This document shows, piece by piece, positions 1 to 12,463 of a stretch of DNA of 64,000 nucleotides. The translations under genes and the position numbers were made by a program. Position 1 is the stretch's first letter; each line of letters starts with the position of its first letter. Source of the stretch: Octopus sinensis (lineage: Eukaryota); contig NC_043001.1 of the NCBI RefSeq assembly GCF_006345805.1, positions 132,494,001-132,558,000 on the forward strand, in the 5' to 3' direction. Under the pieces are notes generated by a model that was not told the origin of the DNA, made no database searches, and saw nothing but the letters and a program-made list of their open reading frames with translations.

Positions 1-9
1 TTCAAATAC

Positions 10-42
<33 letters not shown>

Positions 43-464
43 GTATGTATGTATGTATGTATGTATGTATGTATGCATGTATGTATTGTATATGTATATA
101 TATATGTATACTTACATATATATACAGATATATGTACGTATATATGAAGAGTTATGTATATAAAGGAAGGAACTACTTAAAAAAGGATTAAATGCATAAT
201 TTTTTTTTCTTTCTTTTATGATACAACTCCTCCATTTTTAACATTCATTCTTCAAAACAAACATAGAAAGAAATTGAATTGTTCTTTGTTTACTGTACCA
301 ACCAATTAATCATGTGTCTTATGAGACAGGAAACTTAGAAATTGTTTGCCTGTTGGTTATTCTTTAGTTATTTCCATGCCAGTCATTCAACCTACACAAT
401 GGTATACCATTCAAAATGTAAGGCATAACATATATGTAATATACACGATATATATATGTAAGAA

Positions 465-521
<57 letters not shown>

Positions 522-880
522 ATACATATGTATATATGTATGTATGTAATATGTATGTATGTATTTATGTATGTATGTATGTATGTATCTTTCTAACATA
601 CATAATAAGCTATCTACATACACACGTATATACACATGGCTGTGCATATACGTATACATATATGTATGTGTGTGTGTGTATCATGTGTCCAAATATATAT
701 GAACATGTCTATGTGTGATTGTGTATAATATATGTATGTATGTTGTGTAGATAATATATATGGTGTGTGTGTGGGTATATATATATATATGTATATATGT
801 GTTATATATATATATAATATATATATATATATATGTATATATTATATATATATGTATATGATATGTATGTATCTATATAT
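1..880. repeat. Compound (TA)n/(TATG)n/(TG)n microsatellite region
   Basis: Simple repeats directly visible; they produce the spurious YIYI/MYVC ORFs. Confidence 0.95.
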
Positions 881-1626
881 TTACATATAATCATACATAC
901 ATATGTTGTAAACATATAACGTAAATTGAATTGAAATGACAGGAGAGGTGGAATAAGTAAATAAACAGTGAAAGAAAGAAAGCAAGAGAAAGTGAGAGTC
1001 AGTGAAACAGAGAGAGAGAGTGAGAAAAAAGAGACAGACAGACAGACAGAGAGAGAGAAATGAGCGATGCAAAAATATATAGTAAGAGAGCAAGAGAGGA
1101 GAATTGATAGAAAAATTTGTAAGCTACAAGGCAGTAATCGAAAATAAACGAATATGCCTTCTTGAACTTTTCATTTAACAGAACAGAAACATAGAAATAG
1201 TTTACAAAGAACAAAGAAGTTCTTAGGTTGTTGTTAATTTTTGTTTTCTTCTTTGATGGTATTTTTTTTTTTTTTTTTTTTTTTTTCAGAATATAGTGAG
1301 ATAAGAACTGAAAATGTTACTCCACAGAGATATTTTCATTGCTAAATAGCAACGAACAAATTTTGTAACTTAATTTTTATTCATGTATTTGTCGATAAAT
1401 TTTGTTGTCAGTTCTGTTGTGTTGTGTTGTGTTGTTTTTTTCTTTTTTTTTTTTTTATTTTTTTTTTTACTTTTTTTCTATCTTTTAAAACAAATTCTAA
1501 TGTTATGCACGTGCAGATATATGTTCATAGGCACACACCACACAGACAAAAAAGCAAATACATACATTTATGCATATATATATATATATATGTATGTATA
1601 TATATATAGATATATATATACACACA

Positions 1627-1657
<31 letters not shown>

Positions 1658-1965
1658 TTTATATATATATATATATGAATGTATCTATACATATGTGTGT
1701 TTCTATGCATGTGTGTGTTTACATGTGTATCAGAGTAATATTCATACATAAATACATACATACATTTTCTCTCATATATGTGGACATCTGAATGTTATCA
1801 CATGAATAAGTTTATGTAGCAAATTAAAAGACAATCTAAACTTCTTTTTATATCATATAGTAAAAAAAAGTAACTTATTCTAAATTTGTATGTTAATATT
1901 TAATTTATCAGTATATATCATTATTTTCATGTGTGAAATTATATTTAATATTAAGAAATTTTATT

Positions 1966-4637
1966 CATATGTTCTGTGATGCATGTAACCTTTTAATCTG
2001 CAACACTAACTTCAGGAAGCCAGACAGCCACCTGATAACCTATCAATCAGATGACTCTGCTACCCAGATTGATTTCATCCTCACCAGACAGTGGGATGCA
2101 GGGCTGCTCTTAAATGCAAAGACCCTCCCAGGTGAAGAATGTACCCCCCAGCATAGACTAATCATTAGTGACTTTAGACTTGAGGCCAGAAGGATGCCAA
2201 GAAGCAGACCAATCCAGAAAAGATGGATTTGGATGCTAAAGAACCCTTCACATGGTCAGAGATTTAGGGACGTCCTCAACAATAATTTGATGAGAAGGAG
2301 GAGGAGCTACAGACCTCAGACACAGAAGGTAGCTGGAAATTCCTACGGGACAGCTTACTGAGTGCCACAGACCAAGTCTGCAGATGGTACAAAGCCCCTT
2401 CCAGACCTAGAGTAACGTCGTGGTGGAATAATACAGTAGACAAAGCCATTAGAGTAAAGAAACAGGCCTGGAAAGCCTGGAAGTGTGGGGGTAGCAGGAA
2501 ACTGTACCAGATAGCCAGAAAGGAGGCTGGGCAACAGGTATATAAGGCCAAGGGTGAAGCAGAAAAGAAGAAGTTTGCAACATGAGTACCAAAGAACTGA
2601 AGTATTTCGGATTGCAAGACAATGTGTGAGAGAAAATTGTGATGTCACAGGAGAGAAATGTGTCCGCATGGATGATGATGCACTTGATTTTAATGATTCA
2701 GAAAAGAAAGAGGCTTGGTGAAGCCATTATGAAAATAATTAAGGATATGAAGCCAGGAAAAGCGCTCCAGCCCATAAGGAAACATTGCCGAGATGCTTAA
2801 AACATCTGGTGGTGTGGCCTATGGCCTAGTCACCCGTATTGTAAACCAGATAGTTCATGATGAAGTCATACCCAATGTCTGGCATAGCAGCACCATAGTC
2901 AACTGCCAGAAGGGTAAAGGTGATGCTTTAAACAGAAATAGCTACAGGGGTATCAAACTGCTGGATCAGGTGATGAAGGTCACGGAGAGGGTCATAGCCC
3001 AACTAATTAAAGAGAGAGTCTGCTTAGATGAGATGCAGTTTCGTTTATGCAAGGTAGAAGCACCACTGATGCTATATTCCTGGTACAACAACTACAGGAG
3101 AAAAACCTAGCCAAAGATAAACCCCTATACTTGGCTTTTGTGGACTTGGAGAAAGCCTTTGACAGGGTACCCTGATCCCTTATCTGGTTGGGGATGTAGA
3201 AACTGGGGATTGACAAATGGTTAATAAGGGCTGTACAGGCCGTATACAGTGATGCCGTTAGTAAAGTTAGGGTTGGTAATGAGTATAGTGAAGAATTCTG
3301 GGTAGAAGTAGGGGTCCACCAAGGATCAGCCCTCAGCCCCCTCTTATTCATCATAGTCCTCCAGGCAATAACAGAGGAATTGAAGACAGGTTGCCCCTGG
3401 GAGCTCTAGGAGAATCACTACCAGAACTAGAGAAGAAATTTCAGGTGTGGAAGCAAGTTTAAAATCGAAGGGCCTTAGAGTCAATGTTGCAAAGACCAAA
3501 GTTCTAGTAAGTATGGTGAACACATCACACACCCCTTCAGGTAGGTGGCGCTGCTCAATCTGTAGAAAAGGCATAGGTAGAAACTCCATAAGATGTACCC
3601 AGTGTAAGCTATAGGCAAAGGAAGATTAACCAGGAAGATAGCTTTCATTTGCGGCAGATGCACAGGGGCAATAAACACCACAGATGCTCAGAAAACAGAT
3701 TCCATCACATGCCAGGGGGAGAAACTAGAAGTAGTTGATAGCTTTCACTACCTAGGTGATCAAGTCTGTAGTGGGGGGTTGGTTGCTCAGAGAGTGTTAC
3801 CACTAGAATAAGAATAGCCTGGGCAAAGTTCAGAAAGCTTCTACCCCTACTGGTGACTAAGGGCCTCTCGCTTAGAGTAAAAGGTAGATTGTATGATGCA
3901 TGTGTGCGAACTGTCATGCTTCACGGCAGTGAAACATAGGGTGCAACTGCTGAAGAATGTGTAGGCTCGAAAGAAATGTAGCTAGCATGATCTGCCAGAT
4001 GTGTAATGTCAGTGTGCACACACGACAGAGTGTAAGCACCCTGAGAGAAATGTTGGAGATAAGAAGCGTTGGATGTGGCGTGCAAGAGAATCATTTGTGT
4101 TGGTATGGTCATGTACTATGGATGGATGAGGAGGGCTGTATAAAGAAGTGCCACTCCCAATCAGTGGAAGGAATCCCGTGTAGAGAGTAGACCCAGGAAT
4201 AAATGGGATGAGGTGGTGAAGCATGACCTTCGAATGTTGGGACTCACAGAGGCAATGACAAAAGACAGAGTCCTCTGGACATATGCAGTGACTGAGAAGA
4301 GCCGGCAAATAAAGTGAGTTCACAGCTGTAACCTACACCAGTGTGGCATGACCAGCCCACTCAAAAGTACCTTAGATCATAGGGCAACATGCCATGCATG
4401 AGAAGACCAACTGAGTCAAGTACATCAAAATCTAATGGAAATTGTAGTTGTGATCTCCATGCCAGTGACACGTAAAAAGCTCCCACTACACTCACGGAGT
4501 GGTTGGCATTAGGAAGGGCATATAGCTGTAGGAACACAGCACTGCCAGATCAGACGGGAGCCTGGTGCAGCCTCCTGGCTTCCCAGACCCCAGTCGAATC
4601 ATCCAACCCATGCCAGCATGGAAAACGGACGTTAAAC

Positions 4638-4678
<41 letters not shown>

Positions 4679-4682
4679 CGAT
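1966..4682 (+). mobile_element. Decayed 5'-truncated RTE-clade LINE (APE endonuclease C-terminus + RT + 3' UTR, (GAT)n tail)
   Basis: Fragments NTNFRKPDSHLITY..QIDFIL..HRLIISD (APE), KGKGDAL..YRGIKLL, AFVDLEKAFDRV, GVHQGSALSPLLF; YADD segment deleted near 3407; many stops/frameshifts; 3' end CCATGCCAGCATGGAAAACGGACGTTAAAC(GAT)n. Confidence 0.93.
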
Positions 4683-5149
4683 GTATCATCATCATCATCA
4701 CCAACCTTTTGATGTCTACTTTTCTTTTTTCATGTTTGCATAGGTCAGACAGAATAAAACATACATGCATACATACATACATACATACAAACAAACATAC
4801 AAACAAACAAAACAAACAAACAAAATATATAATATATATACATATTATTCCAACAAGTGACGCTGTCTGACCACTTAGAATAAAGTACTGAAAGACACTT
4901 TTAGGCTGGCTAAAATATCTTCACCCATAATCATTAGTCCGACAAAATATATTGTTTTGCTTATCGCTCATTGACAACTTATTGATTATATATATATAAT
5001 ATATATAATATATTATATATATATATATATTATATATATATATATATATATACATAACATATATATTATAGATATATATATATATATATATATATATAAA
5101 TGTATATATATATATATATATTATATATATATATATTTTATATATATAT

Positions 5150-5196
<47 letters not shown>

Positions 5197-5330
5197 TTAT
5201 ATATATATCAACAATCAAGGAACGGCCATGATAGGCCATTCACCCACTAGAAATAACAGCCAAAGCTTCAACCGCAAATAAAGATTAATTCCGTAAACAG
5301 GAGAAAATTTAAAAAAACATTTACCCTGTA

Positions 5331-5436
5331 ATTTCTTGTACGATGCACCGTTTCATCTGCTGTTTAATGGTAAACTAACCTGATTAAATTAAATCAAGCC
5401 AATCTTCCATAGGCCCTCAGATCTTCAGCAAGAAAT
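5331..5436 (-). ncRNA. Type I hammerhead ribozyme with long stem II
   Basis: Minus strand: AUUUCUUG-CUGAAGA-UCUG..[long hairpin]..CAGAU-GAAA-CGGUGCAUC-GUA/CAAGAAAU. Stem I is a perfect 8 bp, stem III is near-palindromic (ACGGUGCAUCGU), and predicted cleavage is between 5339 and 5338. Confidence 0.8.
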
Positions 5437-5946
5437 AGCCAAGTCGGAACAGATATTTTCACGAGGCATTTCAAACCCTGCCAAGGTAATATCTGACCTA
5501 AAATTTTCAAATCGTCGCACTCGCGCCAAATTTATCGGCAGCAAATAAATATAAGCCGTCGATTCCATTACGGAATTAACCAAAAATTCATAATTAATCA
5601 ATATAGGGTGGCAGAAAAAATTTTGTAGAATTCTTTTTGCCACCAGCGGCCTAGTGGGAAAAAATTAAATAGTCATAGACCATTTTTAAGTTCAACATCA
5701 ACAATCAAGGAACGGCCATGATAGGCCATTCACCCACTAGAAATAACAGCCAAAGCTTCAACCGCAAATAAAGATTAATTCCGTAAACAGGAGAAAATTT
5801 AAAAAAACATTTACCCTGTAATCGACGGCTTATATTTATTTGCTGCCGATAAATTTGGCGCGAGTGCGACGATTTGAAAATTTTAGGTCAGATATTACCT
5901 GGCAGGGTTTGAAATGCCTCGTGAAAATATCTGTTCCGACTTGGCT

Positions 5947-6051
5947 ATTTCTTGCTGAGAATCTGAGGGCCTATGGAAGATTGGCTTGATTTAATTTAAT
6001 CAGGTTAGTTTACCATAAACAGCAGATGAAACGGTGCATCGTACAAGAAAT
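5947..6051 (+). ncRNA. Second copy of the same hammerhead in the inverted arm (core reads CUGAGAA)
   Basis: ATTTCTTG CTGAGAA TCTG...CAGAT GAAAC GGTGCATC GTA CAAGAAAT; the core variant may be a mutation or a sequencing error. Confidence 0.65.
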
Positions 6052-6276
6052 TACAGGGTAAATGTTTTTTTAAATTTTCTCCTGTTTACGGAATTAATCT
6101 TTATTGCGGTTTGAAGCTTTGGCTGTATTTCTAGTGGGTGAATGGCCTATCATGGCCGTTCCTTGATGTTGATGTTGAACTTAAAAAGGTCTATGACTAT
6201 TAATTTTTCCCCATAGGCCGCTGGTGGCAAAAAGAATTCTACAAAATTTTTTCTGCCCCCCCTATATTGATTAATT

Positions 6277-6311
<35 letters not shown>

Positions 6312-6745
6312 CATCATCATCATATATTTATATGAAGAAAATCATAAAGCAGAATGGAGAATTATACATCTTTAAAACTTGTTTATTTTAGTATTATTCT
6401 CATTAAATTCATGTTAGATTCCAATCTGACACGTTTTTCTGGTGCATAAGTGTCTTAATGGCCTTTGATGTAGCTGTTATGTATATTTTGTTGGTTCAGT
6501 TGCAGTACATCTAAAATTCATAATTCTCCATTCTTCTTTATGATGGTTTGATTATATACTTTGTATGTTGTATGAAATCCAATGAAGCAAACTCAAGATT
6601 TACCTATTTAATGAACTACTGTTTAATTGCTTATCGAAAACAGTTCTGGATTTTCCCTGTCATTCAATATAGTTAACCAGATCTGGATTATATCAAAATG
6701 TTAATAAGGTATTTGCCTAGATTCCAAATTCCTATTCCTTTAAAT

Positions 6746-6777
<32 letters not shown>

Positions 6778-6805
6778 TGTATGTATGTATGTATGTATGT
6801 ATATG

Positions 6806-7440
6806 TCAGGTCACTTTCGAGTGCTACTGGTAACATGTAAACCCAGTACAACCTGTTGCATGGTCGGGTCGTCGGCGACTGAAGCGGCAACCCCACCAAG
6901 CTTGCTTGGTGAGGAGGGTGTTTATTGGACACCTGCAGGATGAAAAACAAAACCCGTCAAAGGGCGGAGGAACTCTTGAGAGTCAACGGCCATCCAATAA
7001 ATGTCTTAAGGCTGTATCATGTGTGAGGACATAGAAATAATCGGACTGAATACCCGATCGCGTGGTTAAACCATTGGGAGTGAAGGGCTCCTAGCCTTTG
7101 TTAGGCATCCTTCTAGGAGAAGGTAACTCAGGTAACTGGGATACCGATGATGTTGACTTGTTACCGATGATGTTGACTTGTTCTTCTTTTCGGATTATGG
7201 CTGCTGTTGCTTAGTGAGTGGGATTGATTCAGTGCACAGCCTTTCCTCACTTAAAAAAAATCTTCTTGCTCAGGCATTGCACGATAACAACATTGTTCAT
7301 GATTGTTTATAGTGCTGTGAGTCTGAACTGAATGGCTGGCTGTAGCCTCAAAAAGCAAATAAAAGTCACATTCGATCACAGCACCAATAACAGTTGAGCT
7401 TCGTGCAATGGCCATACTTGATAATGAGGGGGCAGCCATC
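6806..7440 (+). mobile_element. Probable non-autonomous RTE-derived element embedded in (TATG)n
   Basis: GC-richer island flanked by (TATG)n on both sides; contains GGCATCCTTCTAGGAGAAGGTAACTC, resembling RTE 5' leaders, and a 20-bp tandem duplication at ~7143-7182. Confidence 0.5.
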
Positions 7441-7777
7441 ATGTATGTATGTATGTATACCCCCCCACACACACACACACATTCTTATACAAGAATGTTG
7501 TTGACAGTGACTTCAATGGGTTCAATCAGCTAAGCCCCTATCAGACTGCAATGCATTGGAACTTAGTTGGCCAAAACTTTGTAGTTACAGTCAACTGCAT
7601 TCTTGTATAAGAATAATAAACTTGTACTCTACAACAGAATAGAGTAACCCATCAAATTAATGTAAAATTGTTTCTATTATAATAGAACATAAAAACAAAC
7701 ATTAATACACACACACACACACATTTAATTCTGATACATCAAATATGGTAGTTTTCTGTCAGAATATTATTTTTTTT

Positions 7778-7814
7778 TTATGGGTAGATTTGGTAGACAG
7801 AGACTGCAAGAAGT

Positions 7815-7850
<36 letters not shown>

Positions 7851-8085
7851 TGTGTGCCTTTGAGTTTGTGTTTGTTTTCCACCAATGCATGACAGCTGGT
7901 GTTGGTTTGTTTACATCTCCATAACTTAGTGATTCAGCAAAAAGAGTTTGACAGAACTTAGTGGTTCAGAAAAAAGAGTTTGGCTTAAAAGGGATAAATA
8001 AGAGGTCAATTTGTTTGACTAAACCCATCAAGGTTGTGCCCCAGCAAGGCCACAGTGTAATGACTGAAACAAATAAAAGATAGGA
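7778..8085 (+). mobile_element. Degraded copy of SINE family A (3' part)
   Basis: Similar to 16534-16912 (GATTTGGTAGAC..TGACTGAAACAA). Confidence 0.65.
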
Positions 8086-8452
8086 GATGTTAAAGTATTA
8101 CAGAACTAGTGTTGCTCAATGTATATTTTGAAAAATTATTTTTCAAAAAATAATGATATAGATAAAAAAAAGCAATAAGATAAATGTTGTGCAAGTAAAC
8201 AAAATAATAATCATACTGCATAAATACATAAATATAAAATGCAGACCACATAATAATTAAAGAGGTTTTAGTTCTGATAGCTAGTTATTTGTATCCATTA
8301 AACCAGCTATAAATTGGCTGAAAACTGGTAAGCATGGGAGCTACACCAGGTTCCAATCTGATTTGGCATGGTTTCTAGAGCTGGATGCCCTTCCTAATGC
8401 CAACCACTCCAAAAATGTAGAGGGTGCCTTTTACATGCCACAGGGGCCTCTA

Positions 8453-8612
8453 TACAGTGTTATCTTAAGGCATGGACACTGGATAATTGTCTGGAAGCCC
8501 GGGAGCCCAAAGTTAACTTATATATACTGTGGACTGCTGTCAGTATATAAATGTAGAGGGCTCCCATTGCATTGTTTTGCCTGGTGTTTTATAATGCTGT
8601 TAAGACAACCTT
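8453..8612. mobile_element. Possible MITE remnant
   Basis: Imperfect terminal inverted repeats GTTATCTTAAGGCAT / ATGCTGTTAAGACAAC; internal GGGAGCCC / GGGCTCCC and TATATACTG / CAGTATATA arms. Confidence 0.4.
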
Positions 8613-9234
8613 ACTTCTATATGGTCACAAGACTTATTACAAATAGTAATCAAGGATTAATTTTATTACCAGCTACTACATTAAATATAATTACATTGGA
8701 TTAAGAAGTCTTACATGTACACATGCATACATGACATGCCAGTCATACCTGGGACACCTGTCAGCTCTGATGTTGTTGACCTGTAGTTAAACTATAACAG
8801 TAACAACAATTTATTATATAACAGCTAGGGTGATTTACATAATACAAATGTTGTTACCACTACTGACAATATAGAATATCACTTATAGTTCAAAACAGGG
8901 AACAATATGAAACAAGTGTCAGAAAAATTGTTGTTGTTATGGTGGTGGTAGTTGAGGTCATAGTTGTTTCACATCAAGTCGCTTCTGATTAAATATATCT
9001 GATTATATATATATGTCTGTTTAAAGAAATTCCAGCATTAAAAATCCTGTCCTCCCTATTTCAAGAATAGTCTATTGAGAATTACCTAATCTATGTGTCC
9101 TTCTATTTTTAGATAACAAAGTTTAATTCAGTGGAGATTTGGCTGCTATTTCTTGAAGGTTGAATGATCATGTTAGGCTTCCACATTGGCTCATGCATGA
9201 TGAGTGGTCCAGTATGGGTAAAATGATTTATGCA

Positions 9235-9408
9235 TTAACCATTTAGCATTCAGATTAGTCTTGTAGCTCCAAGATCTTTTTGATGTGACTGTTTATTTTG
9301 ACAATAATATTGTAGGGTAGAAGTGAGAGGCCAAATCTAACCTGTTTGAACATAAAACAGGCAAAATATTTTGGCCAGATATTGCCAGTTTAAATACTAA
9401 AGGATTAA
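9235..9408 (-). mobile_element. Degraded TTAA-flanked MITE (same family as 43266-43491)
   Basis: TTAACC..TTTAGCAT start, TTTAAATACTAAAGGATTAA end; internal similarity to the reverse complement of 43266-43491. Confidence 0.6.
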
Positions 9409-9788
9409 CTTGATTGCATAAGTTCTAGAAAAGCCAGAGGCAAAATAGTCAGTCATAATTTGATAGCTGAGCTAGGTTAACATACAGGAAAGGCAGGACG
9501 CAATTCAACTGTGAAAGTGGAGGTGTGTTAAACACATCATCAGAGATGATGCACACAGGATACGAGATAGCTGTACAATAAGAAGGGGCAATCAATAATG
9601 AGTGGAAAAATAAGTGTCATTTGCTGACAGTGGGACATGGCTGTAGCAGAGAAAGACTGAGGAAGCTGAGGAAGGATTTGGTAATTCAAAAGCTCAAGAT
9701 ATTGGACTATATGGGATGAGAGAGTAGGTTAGATTTTTACTGTACTGCAGACCTATTCATCTCATGCTAATATGGAAAATGATTCTGG

Positions 9789-9820
<32 letters not shown>

Positions 9821-12401
9821 GCAACAGCAGCAGTGGCAGTGATGAGAATTGTGATGGTGACAATGACAACAACAGTGACATGAAAAGTTGGTGGGGGTAG
9901 TAGAAATAGTAGAGTGCAGTGCAAAATGTTGTTACATCCTTTTTTTGTTCCGAGTGTTCGAATTCCATTGGGAGATCAACTTTGCCTTTTATCCCTCCCT
10001 ATCGATAAAATGTCTATCTGTCATGTTTTGAAGTTGATTCAATTGACTTTGAGTTTCCCTTTAAAAAAAAAAAATCTATGAATTTGTGCCACTGTGAAGA
10101 AATCAATTCTCTTTAACACTATCATGTCAGTGAAGCCTATGGCTTTAGTTTTGCTTGTGACACATTCCTAACAATGATGCCAATTAATTCCCTCCAAGCT
10201 TTTTTTTTCACTATAATTTAGACCTGATAGTATAAAAACAAAGTTTGATTTGATTTTTTTCCTTTTGTCTGCTGGAATATGAAGAAGACATAGCTAGTAG
10301 GAGGTGTCAATGATATCCACATACCAACTTATCAATTCTAGTATTGTTTTTTACTTTTTAATTTATGTTCTAGACCTGGGTAGGGAGTAAATCAAAGTCT
10401 CTACAGTAATAACCAGTGAATGACACGCCTCCTGAAATGGACAGTAACCTATCACAGCTTTGAACCTGTATTTCTGAGCCATCAAACTGTATTTTCAATC
10501 ATCCAATAGTTCACAACACCTAACACCAGTCATTCAAAATCTTTATTTTATTTTGTACTTAATTTTTTTTTATCGATATTGGATGGGTGGAGGAATTGAT
10601 TACTCAAAGATAGAAAAAAAAAAACCAATTAAGGGGCAAAAATCTATATGATAATTGAGTTTTACACTTAGTTATTATAAGCTTGTCGAATTACTCCTGC
10701 TAGTGTGTATCAACACCATCATTCTCATATCCAATTACCAAACTCTAGGTACTATTATTGAAATGTTTGCCTGCTTACTTGCTTGACTGAGTGTCTACTA
10801 TAGTATCACAGGGTTGACTGCAGAAACTAGACTGGTTTAAATGTCTGTGGTGAGTATTGGATATGAACCATATTGACTTGGCTAGCTGCAACTCATTCCT
10901 TAAAAGATAAGACTGCAATTATACAAAAGCCATTTTCTTTTCAAGTTTGACATTGATCACCAATTAATAAAATATTAATTAATCATACCATCTTTCGTTG
11001 ATCACTAATTTGGTTACTAAATCAAACATGGTTCATTTCATTTAAATTTAATAATTTTATTTTATTTCATTTTTTTTTTCAATTAGTCATTGTATTCAGT
11101 AAAGTACATTACAAAATACATCAGTTCATCTAAATTAGTTAATTTAAATCAATATAGGAAGTTGACAGACAGCACAAAGTCAGGTAAATATCAAAAATTT
11201 TATAAAAAGTAGTAGGTATTTATTGTGCTGTTAATCTCTCTTTTGTTTTATAATAATTACACTATACATCTACATTTTGCACTACTTTTCATTTTGTATA
11301 TATTCATTCTTTGTTTTCAGACAAAAATTTTTACACCATTAAGACTAGGATTGAACCCATAAACATGCATTACAACAACTATTATAACTGTGCCACATTT
11401 TTGTTCAATGTGAGTTTTCTTTTCAGCATAATTATACACAACACTTTTAGACGTGTAATATGTCTCATTCAAACCACTTCAAAAAGACATAGTCTTCTAG
11501 TCCCTTCACTGAAGTGGTGATGAAAGAATCACCAAATAAATGTACAAGATTGTGTGTAGGAAAATAGGAATGGTTAGAAATTAAATAATCCAAAGACTTC
11601 ATCCACATGAAAACAACAGAAAAATTTTAATAAACAGAGCACTAAAAAAAGCCAACTTTTTTCTCCTCAACAACAAATCTCAGACAAATAGTTATTAAAA
11701 TTTTCTTAAATTTATTTACATCATGAGAAGCATATTGCATATTACATAAGGTATTAGTCTTTCTTAATAACAAACTTCTCTATTGCATTATACACACTAT
11801 TTTTCAATATCAGTTTTGTCAAACTTTGGCATTAATTCACTGCATCAAAAAGCCTTTTCATTGGTTATCTTATACCAATATTTTTTCTTGTTGAAAATCT
11901 ATTTCAAATGTTTTTAATATATTTTATTGCTTTTTCTGTGTTTTCTACTATTTCACTGAAACTTATACTTGAAAAAAAAAGTCTTATACTGACTCTTTGG
12001 GTGAGTATTAATATATTTTGAAAAAATTGAAAGTTAACTGGTCGTATCCAATTCAAGCTACATCATGTGTGTCTACACATTATAACAGCTTGAAGTATTT
12101 TTTATACTTAAATTCCGATTTCTTATTATATTTTTTACATTCATATTAGGACTTACAAAAACCAATATAATAAATGAATTTATTTTTCTTTTGAATCTGC
12201 ATTGTTGTGGCTTCTATCATTCTATGCTTCAAGAAAACTAATCGACAACTTACAAACTGGTTCTTCATTAAATAATTCTTAAATCAACATAGTACTTGCA
12301 TAAATCACAGACTTATGTTCATGGTTTTTACATAAATTGCATATGAATTACATCATACCTATATATAAATAATTATGCACTAACTCTACACACACACACA
12401 C

Positions 12402-12463
<62 letters not shown>

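Larger units (their letters stand above)
5207..6278. mobile_element. Retrozyme-like element: 490-bp unit as partial tandem (5207-5822) followed by an inverted arm (5820-6278), inserted in (TA)n
   Basis: ACAATCAAGG recurs at 5211 and 5701 (period 490). From 5820 the sequence is the reverse complement of the unit read circularly. The unit contains a hammerhead and is flanked by (TA)n on both sides. Confidence 0.8.

Noticed and set aside
346-1791. YIYI/MYVC/HTHT-type ORFs here and throughout the window
   Set aside because: Translations of (TA)n, (TATG)n and (CA)n microsatellites.
5425-5643. 72-aa ORF within the 490-nt unit
   Set aside because: Short, non-ATG start and no recognisable motif; the unit is better explained as structured RNA.
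9520-9550. Minus-strand CTGATGA followed by a small hairpin (also a plus-strand CTGATGA near 14094)
   Set aside because: No GAAA and no closing stems; chance 7-mers.
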